This document shows positions 18,407 through 27,601 of a stretch of DNA of 43,612 bases, one piece after another. Positions within the stretch are counted from its first letter, which is position 1. Each line of letters begins with the position of its first letter. The DNA lies in the IMG/VR virus record IMGVR_UViG_3300037311_000479, positions 1 to 43,612 of that record; one strand, 5' to 3'. Under the pieces are notes generated by a model that was given only the letters and a program-made list of their open reading frames with translations, had not been told where the DNA came from and did no database searches. The translations under genes were made by a program, and so were the position numbers. This DNA comes from a virus. Its lineage: Duplodnaviria; Caudoviricetes.

Positions 18407-21400
18407 TATGTCATTGAGAAATATTTGTTTTTGATTTCAGTTTTTGTATTACCACTAAGCATAAATTGCCTCAAACTATCCCCGTCAATCGCATTGTGTA
18501 TTTGTGCCGGTGCAGGTATGATACCAGCCATTTTATTTGCCACAGCTTCCGCCAATTTTTCGTAATCAATTGGTTGGTTATTGGTTGTAGTTGGATGTAC
18601 AAATTCAGGTACTTGTGGGAATGAGAAATGCTTATACATTGCCTCCATTGATGGAAATACCATATCATCTCTATACAGATAAGTAAGCCTGTCTTTTGGG
18701 CTGCCTGTGGCTATTTCTATGCTGCCGTCTTTACGCCAAATAGGTTCAAACTTGCCCCCATCATCTACGATACCTAAACCTTCATACCCACCTTTTTGCT
18801 TACCATACTTAAACCGTGGAACAGGTGTACTGCTGATTTTAGCTACCTGAATTGCTGTAGATGCCGCCACCAATGCTGCAAGTATTACTCCGGCAATAAT
18901 AGTAGGAGCCGTAGCAAAAGCATTAGTAATACCCAATAAACCATTGATAACGGCTTGTGTTTTCTTTGCTTCTTTATCAGCATTAAAAGCCTTTATTTTT
19001 TCCTGCCTTTCACGTTGCTTGTATTTTTCCTCTATGTCGGCTTTCTGTTGTTCAGTAAGGTTTTTATTGTCAAGTTCCTTTTGCTTTTGTTCCTCCAGCA
19101 AAGCCAACTGCTCATTTAATGCCTGTTGCCTTGCTGCTGCACTATCAGCGAATATTTGATTAACTACCGCTTGAGTAGCCTGAATAACTGCCGCCGCTTC
19201 TTCTTTAAAAGCTGCAATACGTGCTTGTGTTTTTTCGGCAGGGCTGATGTTTGGATCATCAAGTATTGTCTTTAGTTTCCCAACACTTTCGGTAATGGTG
19301 GCAAATACATTTTGAAACTCACTAAGAGCCGTTTTAATGGCACTCGTATTTAATACCGCATCTAATCCTTTTTGCAGTATTGCAAATCCAGCTTTATAAA
19401 AGGCAACTCTTTTTTCTGTTTCCTTTATATAAATTTCTGTAATCAGCTTCTGTGTCTTTTCCTCTGACTCACTTCTCTTATTTAATAGGTCTTGGTATGC
19501 AACATCAAATTCGTGTGCAGTAAGTAAGCCATCTTCAACCTGCTTTGTAAGTGCTTTATGTTGCAGGTCGAACTTATCATCCTCAAACTTCTGTAGTTGT
19601 TCAAGGGCTTTAATTTTTGCATCGCCTGAAGCAAATTGAGATTCTACAATTCGTTGATTTGCTTGTACCGATTTGAAAGTTAAAACTTCTAATGTTCGTA
19701 GATTATCTTCCAGTATGGCTTTTATTGTAGCCTTTTTTGCCTCAATAGTTTGCTTATCATATTTGGCATTTATTTCAGCAATTTTTGCAGCATTGCCTTC
19801 TGCCTGACTAATTTCCAGTTGGCGCTGTTTATCCAAACGAGAAAGTGTAATGTCAAGTTTTTGATTTTCGGTTATGCCAAACTTATCCAATGCGGCATTT
19901 TCATAGCTGATTTGGTTTTGTAGCTGTGCTTCATTAAATGCACGTAAAGCATCCTGACGTTGCTTTTGATATTTCGCCTTTATTTCGGATACCTGCTGCT
20001 CGGTCAATTCGGTGGCTGATAAATCTAGCTTCTGTGATGCTTCAATGAATTGTATTTTGGTATCGTATTCATCTTGTGTTCCTTTTTGCGCCAAAATTAA
20101 CTGCGCATTGATACCAGCTTTCTTTATCTCAAGCAACTTTGTTTCATGCTGCCTCTTTAATTCTGCAATCTGCAAATTTGCTTCAGCTTCTATTTTGGCT
20201 CGTTCGCCTTTAGATAGGTTGGGGTTTGATTTTATTTGTTCACTTGTTCTTGAACGTATGGCCGCAATTTCTGCATCGGTAACAGCCATGATAGAAGCAA
20301 TGCTATCCACCTGATTTTGTAAAATCTGTTTCTTTTTATTGGCAACATTGGCTTCATCCATTGAAGTAATTGACTTCAAGGTGTAAGCATAAATCTGTAG
20401 TTGAATATCAGATATTGCCCTTGCATCTTCAGCGGCGTTTTTAGTCTTTTCTCCAGGTGTCAGGTCAGGGTTTAATTTATCCTTTGCATCTCTTGTGGCA
20501 CGAATAGAAGCAATCTGTGCATTTTTTTCAGCTATAGAACCGCTACGTGTTGCCAATACTTTAGCTTCTTGAAAAGCGATAAACGATTTCAGTTCATTGT
20601 CTGCTAAAGTTTTCCGAAACTCAATACTTTTAACTTCAAGTGCATTTCTTTCGTCTTGATATTTAAAATCTAATTCGAGGTTTTTATCAAGCAGTTTTTT
20701 GTAATCTTCAGAGCTTAATTCCCGTTGCACTTTCTCATCGTTTATGGCTTTTGCTGTTGCAACCCTTGCATCGTCAAGGATCTTTAATCTTGCGTTACCT
20801 GCTTCACCCTCTATCCTTGTCAATTCAACTGCCGATGCCCCTCTTTGCTTTGCTAAAGCAACGTGTTTGCTAGTCGTATACTCCAATGCTTTCAAATCAA
20901 CGTCGAGGTAATCAGTAGCCTCTTTCATTGCATCGTTAAAAGTATTTTGTGCATCTGCTGCATCTCTACTTGAACTGCTAAATATGCTAATAGCAGCTAC
21001 CAAGGCAACTACACCGGCAATCACTAAGCCTATTGGGTTAAGGCTCATTGCCGCATTCAGTTCTACCTGTGCTACCGTGGCAGCTTCGGTAGCAACTACC
21101 TGTGCTCCTGTAGCTACAGTCGCTGCCGTTGTGGCTGCTGCGTTAGCGGCTTCTGCTCCTGTCTCAGCAACTACGGCCGTTGTCTGTGCTGTTCTTGCAC
21201 CAGTGTTAAATAGCAATGAAGCAGCACTTTCTTTTTGCAATACATTTTGAATGGCCTGTAATCCTTGCAAAATGCTCATAGCAGCATTTACTTTTAGCAA
21301 TGCTTTTTGAACTTCTTCATTCTCACTACCAAATAAAGCAGCCGCACCTTGTGCAACTGCAAAACCACCTGCAACCCCACCAGCCAAAGAAATTAAACCA

Positions 21401-22035
21401 TCAATATGCTTTGTATCGCTACCTAAACCTTTAACTGTGGCATTCAAATCCCTCATTTGGTCGTCCAATTCACCTGCCTTTTCTTGCAGTGCCCGAAATG
21501 CCGGAGTGCCTTGCAAACCTGCTTCGGCCATAGCGACCAATTCTTCTTTTGCTTCCTTAATTCTTGAACGTAATGACTGTGTTTTGTCTCCTGCTTCATC
21601 TTCCCATGCACCCAACTGTTTAAGTTGTTCATTCATGGTTTCAATGGAAAGCGTAATTTGATTTATTTCCTCATCTGTTTCTGCTGTAAATATGCTTTCC
21701 TGTGCAGCTTTTCGGGCATTCTGAATGTAGGCAATTAACTCTTTATTAGTTAGTCCTAACTGTGCCTGTATTTGTTTGAGATAGTCTTTGTATGCACCGC
21801 CGATAACAGCCTTATCCATACTCTTTGCTGCTGTGGCTAATGCTTCTATACTTTTTGCTAATTTATTAGTGCTTTCGGTAGAAGTTTTTGTTTGATTGTT
21901 CATTGCAGATGCAGCCTTTCCCCAAGCCTGTCCAACCTCACCACTTTGGGCAATAATATTGTCCAAAGCATTTTCAACCGGTTTTAGTTCATCCGTTTTA
22001 CCCACAAAATTGATTACTACATTTTCTGCCGACAT
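18406..22035 (-). CDS. Tail tape measure protein
   Basis: 1209 aa, Ala/Gln/Lys-rich helical with hydrophobic segments; C-terminal PRFKYG...GIVDDGG.FE motif; preceded by a frameshifting chaperone. Confidence 0.85.
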   Translation of the reverse strand: MSAENVVINFVGKTDELKPVENALDNIIAQSGEVGQAWGKAASAMNNQTKTSTESTNKLAKSIEALATAAKSMDKAVIGGAYKDYLKQIQAQLGLTNKELIAYIQNARKAAQESIFTAETDEEINQITLSIETMNEQLKQLGAWEDEAGDKTQSLRSRIKEAKEELVAMAEAGLQGTPAFRALQEKAGELDDQMRDLNATVKGLGSDTKHIDGLISLAGGVAGGFAVAQGAAALFGSENEEVQKALLKVNAAMSILQGLQAIQNVLQKESAASLLFNTGARTAQTTAVVAETGAEAANAAATTAATVATGAQVVATEAATVAQVELNAAMSLNPIGLVIAGVVALVAAISIFSSSSRDAADAQNTFNDAMKEATDYLDVDLKALEYTTSKHVALAKQRGASAVELTRIEGEAGNARLKILDDARVATAKAINDEKVQRELSSEDYKKLLDKNLELDFKYQDERNALEVKSIEFRKTLADNELKSFIAFQEAKVLATRSGSIAEKNAQIASIRATRDAKDKLNPDLTPGEKTKNAAEDARAISDIQLQIYAYTLKSITSMDEANVANKKKQILQNQVDSIASIMAVTDAEIAAIRSRTSEQIKSNPNLSKGERAKIEAEANLQIAELKRQHETKLLEIKKAGINAQLILAQKGTQDEYDTKIQFIEASQKLDLSATELTEQQVSEIKAKYQKQRQDALRAFNEAQLQNQISYENAALDKFGITENQKLDITLSRLDKQRQLEISQAEGNAAKIAEINAKYDKQTIEAKKATIKAILEDNLRTLEVLTFKSVQANQRIVESQFASGDAKIKALEQLQKFEDDKFDLQHKALTKQVEDGLLTAHEFDVAYQDLLNKRSESEEKTQKLITEIYIKETEKRVAFYKAGFAILQKGLDAVLNTSAIKTALSEFQNVFATITESVGKLKTILDDPNISPAEKTQARIAAFKEEAAAVIQATQAVVNQIFADSAAARQQALNEQLALLEEQKQKELDNKNLTEQQKADIEEKYKQRERQEKIKAFNADKEAKKTQAVINGLLGITNAFATAPTIIAGVILAALVAASTAIQVAKISSTPVPRFKYGKQKGGYEGLGIVDDGGKFEPIWRKDGSIEIATGSPKDRLTYLYRDDMVFPSMEAMYKHFSFPQVPEFVHPTTTNNQPIDYEKLAEAVANKMAGIIPAPAQIHNAIDGDSLRQFMLSGNTKTEIKNKYFSMT

Positions 22036-22319
22036 TACTTTTGTTTTGCCTTTTGTTTAATGGCAGCCTTTAGTAATTCCTCAAGCTCCCAATAAAACTC
22101 GTAGATTGTTAAATGAGAAAGTATTGCAGCGTTTATACTGCCGGCGACAAGTTTAATTTGCCTTGCAATATCATCTTCTGTTCGTCCGATAGCATGGCTA
22201 ACATCTTGTCCAAATGTTGTTGGTTTGTTTTTTCGGTCATCGCCGAAAACTGTTCTAAATTTTCTCCTGCATACTGCAAATAGGGTATCAACTCCATGAG
22301 TGGCTTCTGCAAAAAAAAA
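22035..22319 (-). CDS. -1 frame extension of tail assembly chaperone (GT form)
   Basis: -1 frame is open from the T9 run (22311-22319) to TAA at 22035-22037, which overlaps the tape measure ATG; a TGA closes this frame just before the run. Confidence 0.75.
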   Translation of the reverse strand, partial: FFFAEATHGVDTLFAVCRRKFRTVFGDDRKNKPTTFGQDVSHAIGRTEDDIARQIKLVAGSINAAILSHLTIYEFYWELEELLKAAIKQKAKQK

Positions 22320-22768
22320 TCAGTAAGGCTTGTATTTTTCTTCCAAAACCTTATTTTGTTCTCTCCGTACTTGTACTCATATACATACGGATTTTCTTTT
22401 TGGTCAAAGAATACCACAGATGCCAGTTTGAACATTAAATCAGGTTCTTTTGGTAACTCCAATCTTTGTTTTAACTGGTCGTTCAAATGCTTCAATTCAA
22501 CCAAAGTATCAATAGTTATTTGCTGCTGTTTTAGGGCATTATCAAAAGCCATCGTGTGGGCTTTTAAGAATGTCCTGTCGCAATTCATATCTAACTCCTT
22601 GTAGTAAACCAAACACTTTAATGCCCGGTCGTAATTCATATTCAGCAAATCATCAAAACGGAAATAATGCCTATCACCAATGGTAAAAGCATAGGCGATA
22701 ATGTGTTTGGCATCAGGGAAAAACTCCTTTGGATTGATGCCTGTTAATATTTCCAGTTTAGTTTGCAT
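22133..22768 (-). CDS. Tail assembly chaperone (G form)
   Basis: Upstream of tape measure; contains T-TTT-TTT slippery site. Confidence 0.7.
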   Translation of the reverse strand: MQTKLEILTGINPKEFFPDAKHIIAYAFTIGDRHYFRFDDLLNMNYDRALKCLVYYKELDMNCDRTFLKAHTMAFDNALKQQQITIDTLVELKHLNDQLKQRLELPKEPDLMFKLASVVFFDQKENPYVYEYKYGENKIRFWKKNTSLTDFFLQKPLMELIPYLQYAGENLEQFSAMTEKTNQQHLDKMLAMLSDEQKMILQGKLNLSPAV

Positions 22769-22973
22769 ACTTCAATAATTTTTCTTCAATTTCAAATCCC
22801 CAAAACGGCCCAGCAATTACCATGTTGTTAAGTAAAATACTGAACGTGTTATTTTTTACCTTGGTTCGTATTTCATACCCCTGTTTTTCAGGATGGCTAA
22901 AATGCTGTCTATGCCCACATGTTTCACATTCATGGTACATTACCCATCCTTTACTCTCTAATACCTGTCTCAT
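22758..22973 (-). CDS. Hypothetical protein (start reassigned to ATG 22973)
   Basis: MRQVLESKGW..HECETCGH; overlaps its neighbours in the operon. Confidence 0.55.
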   Translation of the reverse strand: MRQVLESKGWVMYHECETCGHRQHFSHPEKQGYEIRTKVKNNTFSILLNNMVIAGPFWGFEIEEKLLKYAN

Positions 22974-23250
22974 CTGCAAAAAATAAATTATAAATGATAC
23001 AATTGACTCCGCACACACACAGCAATAACCTAATATCAAAACTCCAAGTCAAAACAATTGTCCAAAAGCTACTCATACAACAAAGGCAATCCCACAATGG
23101 CTTTTGAATGTAAATGCCCTTGATTTTGTCAAAGTGCTTGTCAATTAAATTGGCAGCCCATATCCTTATACCACCTAACAGGCTTCCTTGTTGAAACAGC
23201 ACGTATATTGCTGTTATTTGTAACGATATTGTAATTGCTCTTTCTAACAT
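22951..23250 (-). CDS. Small membrane protein with CxxC motif (DUF1360-like)
   Basis: Hydrophobic segments plus LWDCLCCMSSFW. Confidence 0.5.
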   Translation of the reverse strand: MLERAITISLQITAIYVLFQQGSLLGGIRIWAANLIDKHFDKIKGIYIQKPLWDCLCCMSSFWTIVLTWSFDIRLLLCVCGVNCIIYNLFFADETGIRE

Positions 23251-23571
23251 TTATAATTCAATTGTATCAACCAGTTCAAGTAAAAAACATTTGTATTCAG
23301 TATTGTCTACAGTAAATGGCAAAACACTATTATTGCTATCTAAAAATTCACCTTTTAGGTACCCTGTTGCAAAAAATCCATCAGGGAATTTTGTCTTATC
23401 CAGTGTAACGGCTCCAGTATTATTGGTAGTCCCATTTAGCAGATACCACCTATTACTGCCAGGCTTGTTGATATGTACGGAAAATGCAGTATTAGCCAGT
23501 AATTCTAATTGGATTACAGGGCTTTCACAGCACCTTACACTTATCTCTAAACAACCATTTTCGCAGCTCAT
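23251..23571 (-). CDS. Hypothetical Cys-rich beta protein
   Basis: First gene after operator/promoter B; ATG at 23571. Confidence 0.55.
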   Translation of the reverse strand: MSCENGCLEISVRCCESPVIQLELLANTAFSVHINKPGSNRWYLLNGTTNNTGAVTLDKTKFPDGFFATGYLKGEFLDSNNSVLPFTVDNTEYKCFLLELVDTIEL

Positions 23572-23588
23572 GTACACTAAATTTTCAA

Positions 23589-23619
23589 CAAATATACTCT
23601 AAGTGATAAAATATTTATC
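23589..23619 (-). promoter_or_regulatory. -7 promoter box TATATTTG plus operator copy B
   Basis: TACTCT-AAGT-GATAA-AATAT-TTATC at 23595-23619; CAAATATA at 23589-23596. Confidence 0.7.
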
Positions 23620-23638
23620 CTTACGATAAATTTATTTT

Positions 23639-23899
23639 ATGAACTGGATAAAATTGCCTATTGTTTCAGGTGCAAAAGCGGCTGTTACAGAAAAGGAAAT
23701 GGCGGAAAAAGCGACCTCAAGCAATACTCTTGTAAACCTTGATTTTTACGTTGCTATAAACCCATTAAATGGTGGTGAACAATCTGTTTTGGTGGGGCAA
23801 AATGGTACGGAATTAAATGTGGATATTCCGTTTGAAACACTTTGTTCTCATATCAAACCAATCTTAACAACTACTGATATTTCCGGCAATGAGCTATGA
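23639..23899 (+). CDS. Hypothetical protein, antisense to the late operon
   Basis: 86-aa ORF filling the intergenic gap; ATGA-coupled to the next ORF. Confidence 0.6.
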   Translation: MNWIKLPIVSGAKAAVTEKEMAEKATSSNTLVNLDFYVAINPLNGGEQSVLVGQNGTELNVDIPFETLCSHIKPILTTTDISGNEL

Positions 23900-24075
23900 T
23901 ACAAGCAAATACTAAAAAGTGCCATGAACCTAAATGCAAGGAACAGGCTGTGGCATTCTTTCCTGTCTGCGACCCTGATATACCTTCATACCCATATTGC
24001 AGAAAATGTTTAGATAAGGTAAAACTTGAACTGTTGATGAAACTCACAGCTATAAGTAACCCTTCTAAAACTTAG
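23896..24075 (+). CDS. 59-aa putative zinc-finger protein (not in ORF track)
   Basis: MIQANTKKCHEPKCKEQA...YPYCRKCLDKV; ATGA overlap. Confidence 0.6.
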   Translation: MIQANTKKCHEPKCKEQAVAFFPVCDPDIPSYPYCRKCLDKVKLELLMKLTAISNPSKT

Positions 24076-25405
24076 CATACCAACCCATAAACATATTGCA
24101 CCAATAGCGGATGGTATCAAGTACGTCCGCTTGTTGTGCAGGGTCTTTCCTGTTTCTTTTTTCAATGCTTCCATCTGCAATCATTCTAACATTTTCAGCA
24201 TCATAGATGGCTGGTTTTGCTTTGACTGGACAAATCTTTACAGGGTAGGATGAAAAAATATTATTTACCAGCGTTCGGTTGTTTTTTAATGGTGGGTTAG
24301 GGGTTATCTTTATCTGTCCTTCGTTTAATAGCAACTCTTTTTTGATAACTGTGTAATTGGTAACCTGCTCTTTAAAAATCGAACTAACAGTATCGCCGGA
24401 GTAGTCGCCCGTAACCATAAAAAGAAAACCTGAATACTTTTGCCTTACCATTTCGCATATACCTTCCGTTCCAACATTAGGAATTTTAAAGACCTCCACA
24501 ATTTGTAGTTCTTTCTGTTGTGGCCATTGCATAATGGTACACACAGTAGGGTTTCTGTTAAAGTCCCATGACAAGTACAGTATCTCCGATTTCTTTGCTA
24601 AAAGTTCTGTGGTTGAAACGTGCTTTTTTCTATCAAATGCAAACAACCAGGGGCTATTGTTTTCCTCGTTCCCCCATTCGCCTAACGTAAATACACGATA
24701 CCAATAATAGTTTAATGATTGCAGCCCCTCATGGTAAGCCTTACGCTCTGTGCTTACAAACGGATTATCCCTGTAAGTAGAGTGAACTGCAATGTATGGT
24801 ATCTCTACCTTTTCGTTGCCAAAGGCAATTGTTTTTACATAGTTAAAACTCTTTTCTGTTGTATGGCTAAAGTATTCTTTGTATAACCAAAAGTCCTCAA
24901 AATCGCCCTTTGTTTCAGTGTTAAAACTCATCTCAATACCAACTGCCCCTTTATTAGAACGTAGAGTAGTAATAATATAAATCCAATCTGCTAACTCCAA
25001 CTGATTACCTTCTTCAATCCAAGCCTCGGATGGTTCGCTGATAGATTTTATTTTTGCAGGATCATCCATACCCCGGCAGATAAACCTATTGCCATTTACC
25101 TTACATCTAATTTCAAGCGGCGAAGTTTTGAACTCAAATAAATCATCAATTCCCCATTCTTCGCAAATGTCTTTAATTAGCTGCCATTGGCTATCTTTGA
25201 TTGAGTTGAATGTCTTTTTAATTAGGATGCACCTAAAGTATGATTTACTAAGGCAGTCAATTATTTTGCGTTGGGCAATATCACGGCTTTTGCCGCTATC
25301 TCTACCGCCGTAAATAAATTTTAATCTTGCTGCGGTAGTTTGAAGCGGCTTATATACAGGTAAAAAAACACTGTCATAATCTATATTGAGGTTAATTGTT
25401 GGCAC
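24065..25405 (-). CDS. terL: Terminase large subunit (PBSX-like)
   Basis: Walker A GGRDSGKS, Walker B WIEEG, RGMDDPAKIKS, nuclease WDFN...DVLDTIRY. Confidence 0.92.
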   Translation of the reverse strand: MPTINLNIDYDSVFLPVYKPLQTTAARLKFIYGGRDSGKSRDIAQRKIIDCLSKSYFRCILIKKTFNSIKDSQWQLIKDICEEWGIDDLFEFKTSPLEIRCKVNGNRFICRGMDDPAKIKSISEPSEAWIEEGNQLELADWIYIITTLRSNKGAVGIEMSFNTETKGDFEDFWLYKEYFSHTTEKSFNYVKTIAFGNEKVEIPYIAVHSTYRDNPFVSTERKAYHEGLQSLNYYWYRVFTLGEWGNEENNSPWLFAFDRKKHVSTTELLAKKSEILYLSWDFNRNPTVCTIMQWPQQKELQIVEVFKIPNVGTEGICEMVRQKYSGFLFMVTGDYSGDTVSSIFKEQVTNYTVIKKELLLNEGQIKITPNPPLKNNRTLVNNIFSSYPVKICPVKAKPAIYDAENVRMIADGSIEKRNRKDPAQQADVLDTIRYWCNMFMGWYAKF

Positions 25406-25808
25406 CTACACGCTTCCCGTTTATGTTTATTGTTATTGATTGTTCTTTATCTCCACCAACGCCGTCCACTATTTCGTGAAACAGTTTGCTCCAAGCCACC
25501 GATTCACCTTTTACAGCTTTTATACCAATGGTAATTAGCGACCGCTCACTCATAGCTTTAAGTTTTAATTTCAGGTCTCCAAATATGTCGGTGTCTTGTA
25601 GATGCCGCCTTATTGTTCGTTCGTTTAGATTAGTCTGCTTTGCAAGCGTGGCATAGGTTGGATACTTCTTATTTTTTAGCACAAACGAAAAGAAAGTCTC
25701 ACAAATTAACTCGTGGTTTATTTCCCAATCCTTTTGCCGTTTTTCAAATACCTCATCTTCTTCAGGCGGATTTTGCACTACGCTTTTTATTGTCTTCTTT
25801 TTTGCCAT
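25392..25808 (-). CDS. Putative terminase small subunit
   Basis: HTH (TYATLAKQTNLNERTIRRHL); overlaps the terL start. Confidence 0.65.
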   Translation of the reverse strand: MAKKKTIKSVVQNPPEEDEVFEKRQKDWEINHELICETFFSFVLKNKKYPTYATLAKQTNLNERTIRRHLQDTDIFGDLKLKLKAMSERSLITIGIKAVKGESVAWSKLFHEIVDGVGGDKEQSITININGKRVGANN

Positions 25809-27099
25809 TTGTTGAAATTTTTGTTGCCTGTTTTCCTGTAAATGCCTCCCATCTTTTTACAATCACATCGCAAAAAACAGGGTCTCGTTCTATCAATAAT
25901 GCTTTCCTGCCAAGTTGCTCACAGGATATTAAAGTGCTGCCGCTACCACCAAACAAATCCACTACAGTATCGCCAGGTGCAGAGCATCGCTTTAAAGGCT
26001 TTTCGTGCAAGGTTATTAGCTTTTGAGTGGGGTGTACATAGTCGTTGGTTTTATCCCTGTGTGCCAGCCATAAATCAGTAATATCTAAAACGCTTTCGTG
26101 TATATTTCTACCGCTTACATCTTGATTGAGTATTTCGGAAAGATTGGTAATATTTGTATTCAATCGTGGCTTACCGATTGTACCATAAACGCAAGGCTCA
26201 ATAACCCTGTTAAACGCCATTTGAATAACTGGATTGAACTGATTTTTTAGCCAAAAGCAAACGCTCTTGTTTTTGATTTTAGATTGTTGAAAAGCGGCTT
26301 GTATTAAGCCTATATATTTAGGGTCGCACCAGTAGAATATATGAACATCTTTTTTACTTACAAGCAATGCACAGGAAATTGTTTTTTTTACCCATTCAAG
26401 GTAATCGGCATCCTTCATATTGTCGCTGAATACATTATTTGTATATGTTTTTTTATTGCTGTTGCCTTTTATTCCCTTGTGGTATGAAAGTCCGATATTG
26501 TAAGGTGGGTCGCAGTAGATTACTGAAGCAGCTTGTAAGGCTTCCAATTTCTCTAAATCGGCTGCATTGGTGCTGTCTCCGCATAGTAGTTTATGATTGC
26601 CTAAAATGTATAAATCACCCTTTTTTGTTACTGGCTTTTCAATTTTAGCCAATTCTTCTTCAAGGTTAAAATTGTCCTCTTTCAATTCAACTTCACTATC
26701 GAAAATGTCGTTAAGTTCCTGCTCATCAAAACCCCAATCTTTCAAATCAGCCGCAGCAAAGAATTGTTTCAATAGTCCCTCATCATCATGTCCTCTATTT
26801 TTGTTTAATCTGATTGCCAGTTCCTCAAACTCCTTATCAGTCAATTTCCTGTTGGGCACTCGAACATCAATAAGTTCATCATGCTTCCCTTTTGCAATAA
26901 AATCATTCCTCCGCTGATGGCCACCAATAATCCTATTATCGGTATTGATAATAACTACCTCTACATAGTCAAATTTATCCAATGATTTAGAAAGGTTGCC
27001 CTTTTCTGTATCGGTCATTACGTGTGGGTTTTTATCCCACACAATTAGTTCTGATACCTTTCGCTGTTCGGTATGCCATTTCAGCTTTACTTTTGCCAT
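25762..27099 (-). CDS. ParB-like domain fused to N6-adenine/N4-cytosine DNA methyltransferase
   Basis: IIGGHQR (ParB/Srx), HKLLCGDS, DPPY, HPTQK, DLFGGSGST. Confidence 0.9.
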   Translation of the reverse strand: MAKVKLKWHTEQRKVSELIVWDKNPHVMTDTEKGNLSKSLDKFDYVEVVIINTDNRIIGGHQRRNDFIAKGKHDELIDVRVPNRKLTDKEFEELAIRLNKNRGHDDEGLLKQFFAAADLKDWGFDEQELNDIFDSEVELKEDNFNLEEELAKIEKPVTKKGDLYILGNHKLLCGDSTNAADLEKLEALQAASVIYCDPPYNIGLSYHKGIKGNSNKKTYTNNVFSDNMKDADYLEWVKKTISCALLVSKKDVHIFYWCDPKYIGLIQAAFQQSKIKNKSVCFWLKNQFNPVIQMAFNRVIEPCVYGTIGKPRLNTNITNLSEILNQDVSGRNIHESVLDITDLWLAHRDKTNDYVHPTQKLITLHEKPLKRCSAPGDTVVDLFGGSGSTLISCEQLGRKALLIERDPVFCDVIVKRWEAFTGKQATKISTNGKKEDNKKRSAKSA

Positions 27100-27103
27100 A
27101 ATA

Positions 27104-27144
27104 CAAAAATACTCTAAAAGATAATATTTTTATCATTTAGGGTA
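27104..27144 (-). promoter_or_regulatory. -7 promoter box TATTTTTG plus operator copy C
   Basis: TACTCT-AAAA-GATAA-TATTT-TTATC-ATTT-AGGGTA at 27110-27144. Confidence 0.72.
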
Positions 27145-27171
27145 TTTTTAGGACAAATGCGGACATTTTTA

Positions 27172-27435
27172 TTAAAATGGTTTCTTAACTGTCTTTCCTT
27201 TTATAAAACCGTCAAAGCCAACCCAACTACCTTTAGCATCACATCCACGGTTTCGTAGCTCTTGCCAGGCTAATTCCTTTGTATCTATCTTGCCATTTAC
27301 TATTGCACATAGTAATTCGGTTTGGGTCATGCTAAATAAGTATTTTGGGTTAAGTTCATCGGGTAAATCGTTAGCTTCTAACTTCCCATTTCGCTTTAAA
27401 TTCTGCATTGCTGATATTTTCTGTACTGTAGTCAT
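27172..27435 (-). CDS. Hypothetical protein
   Basis: 87-aa ORF with good start context. Confidence 0.6.
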   Translation of the reverse strand: MTTVQKISAMQNLKRNGKLEANDLPDELNPKYLFSMTQTELLCAIVNGKIDTKELAWQELRNRGCDAKGSWVGFDGFIKGKTVKKPF

Positions 27436-27561
27436 AATGTTTTATTGTATGGCTAAGAAACGGTTGTGTTTTGGTCTTTGCTCATTTTTGAGTGGCTTTG
27501 TTTCGGTTGTGGGCAAGTATTAAATCAGACTTTGAAAAATAACGGTTAGGTTTTGTCTAAC

Positions 27562-27590
27562 AGATAATGATGTAGAACATTCCATTATCT
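27562..27590 (-). terminator. Hairpin after DUF5131 gene
   Basis: AGATAATG...CATTATCT inverted repeat with inner ATGT/ACAT. Confidence 0.45.
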
Positions 27591-27601
27591 ACCATTCCTT
27601 A

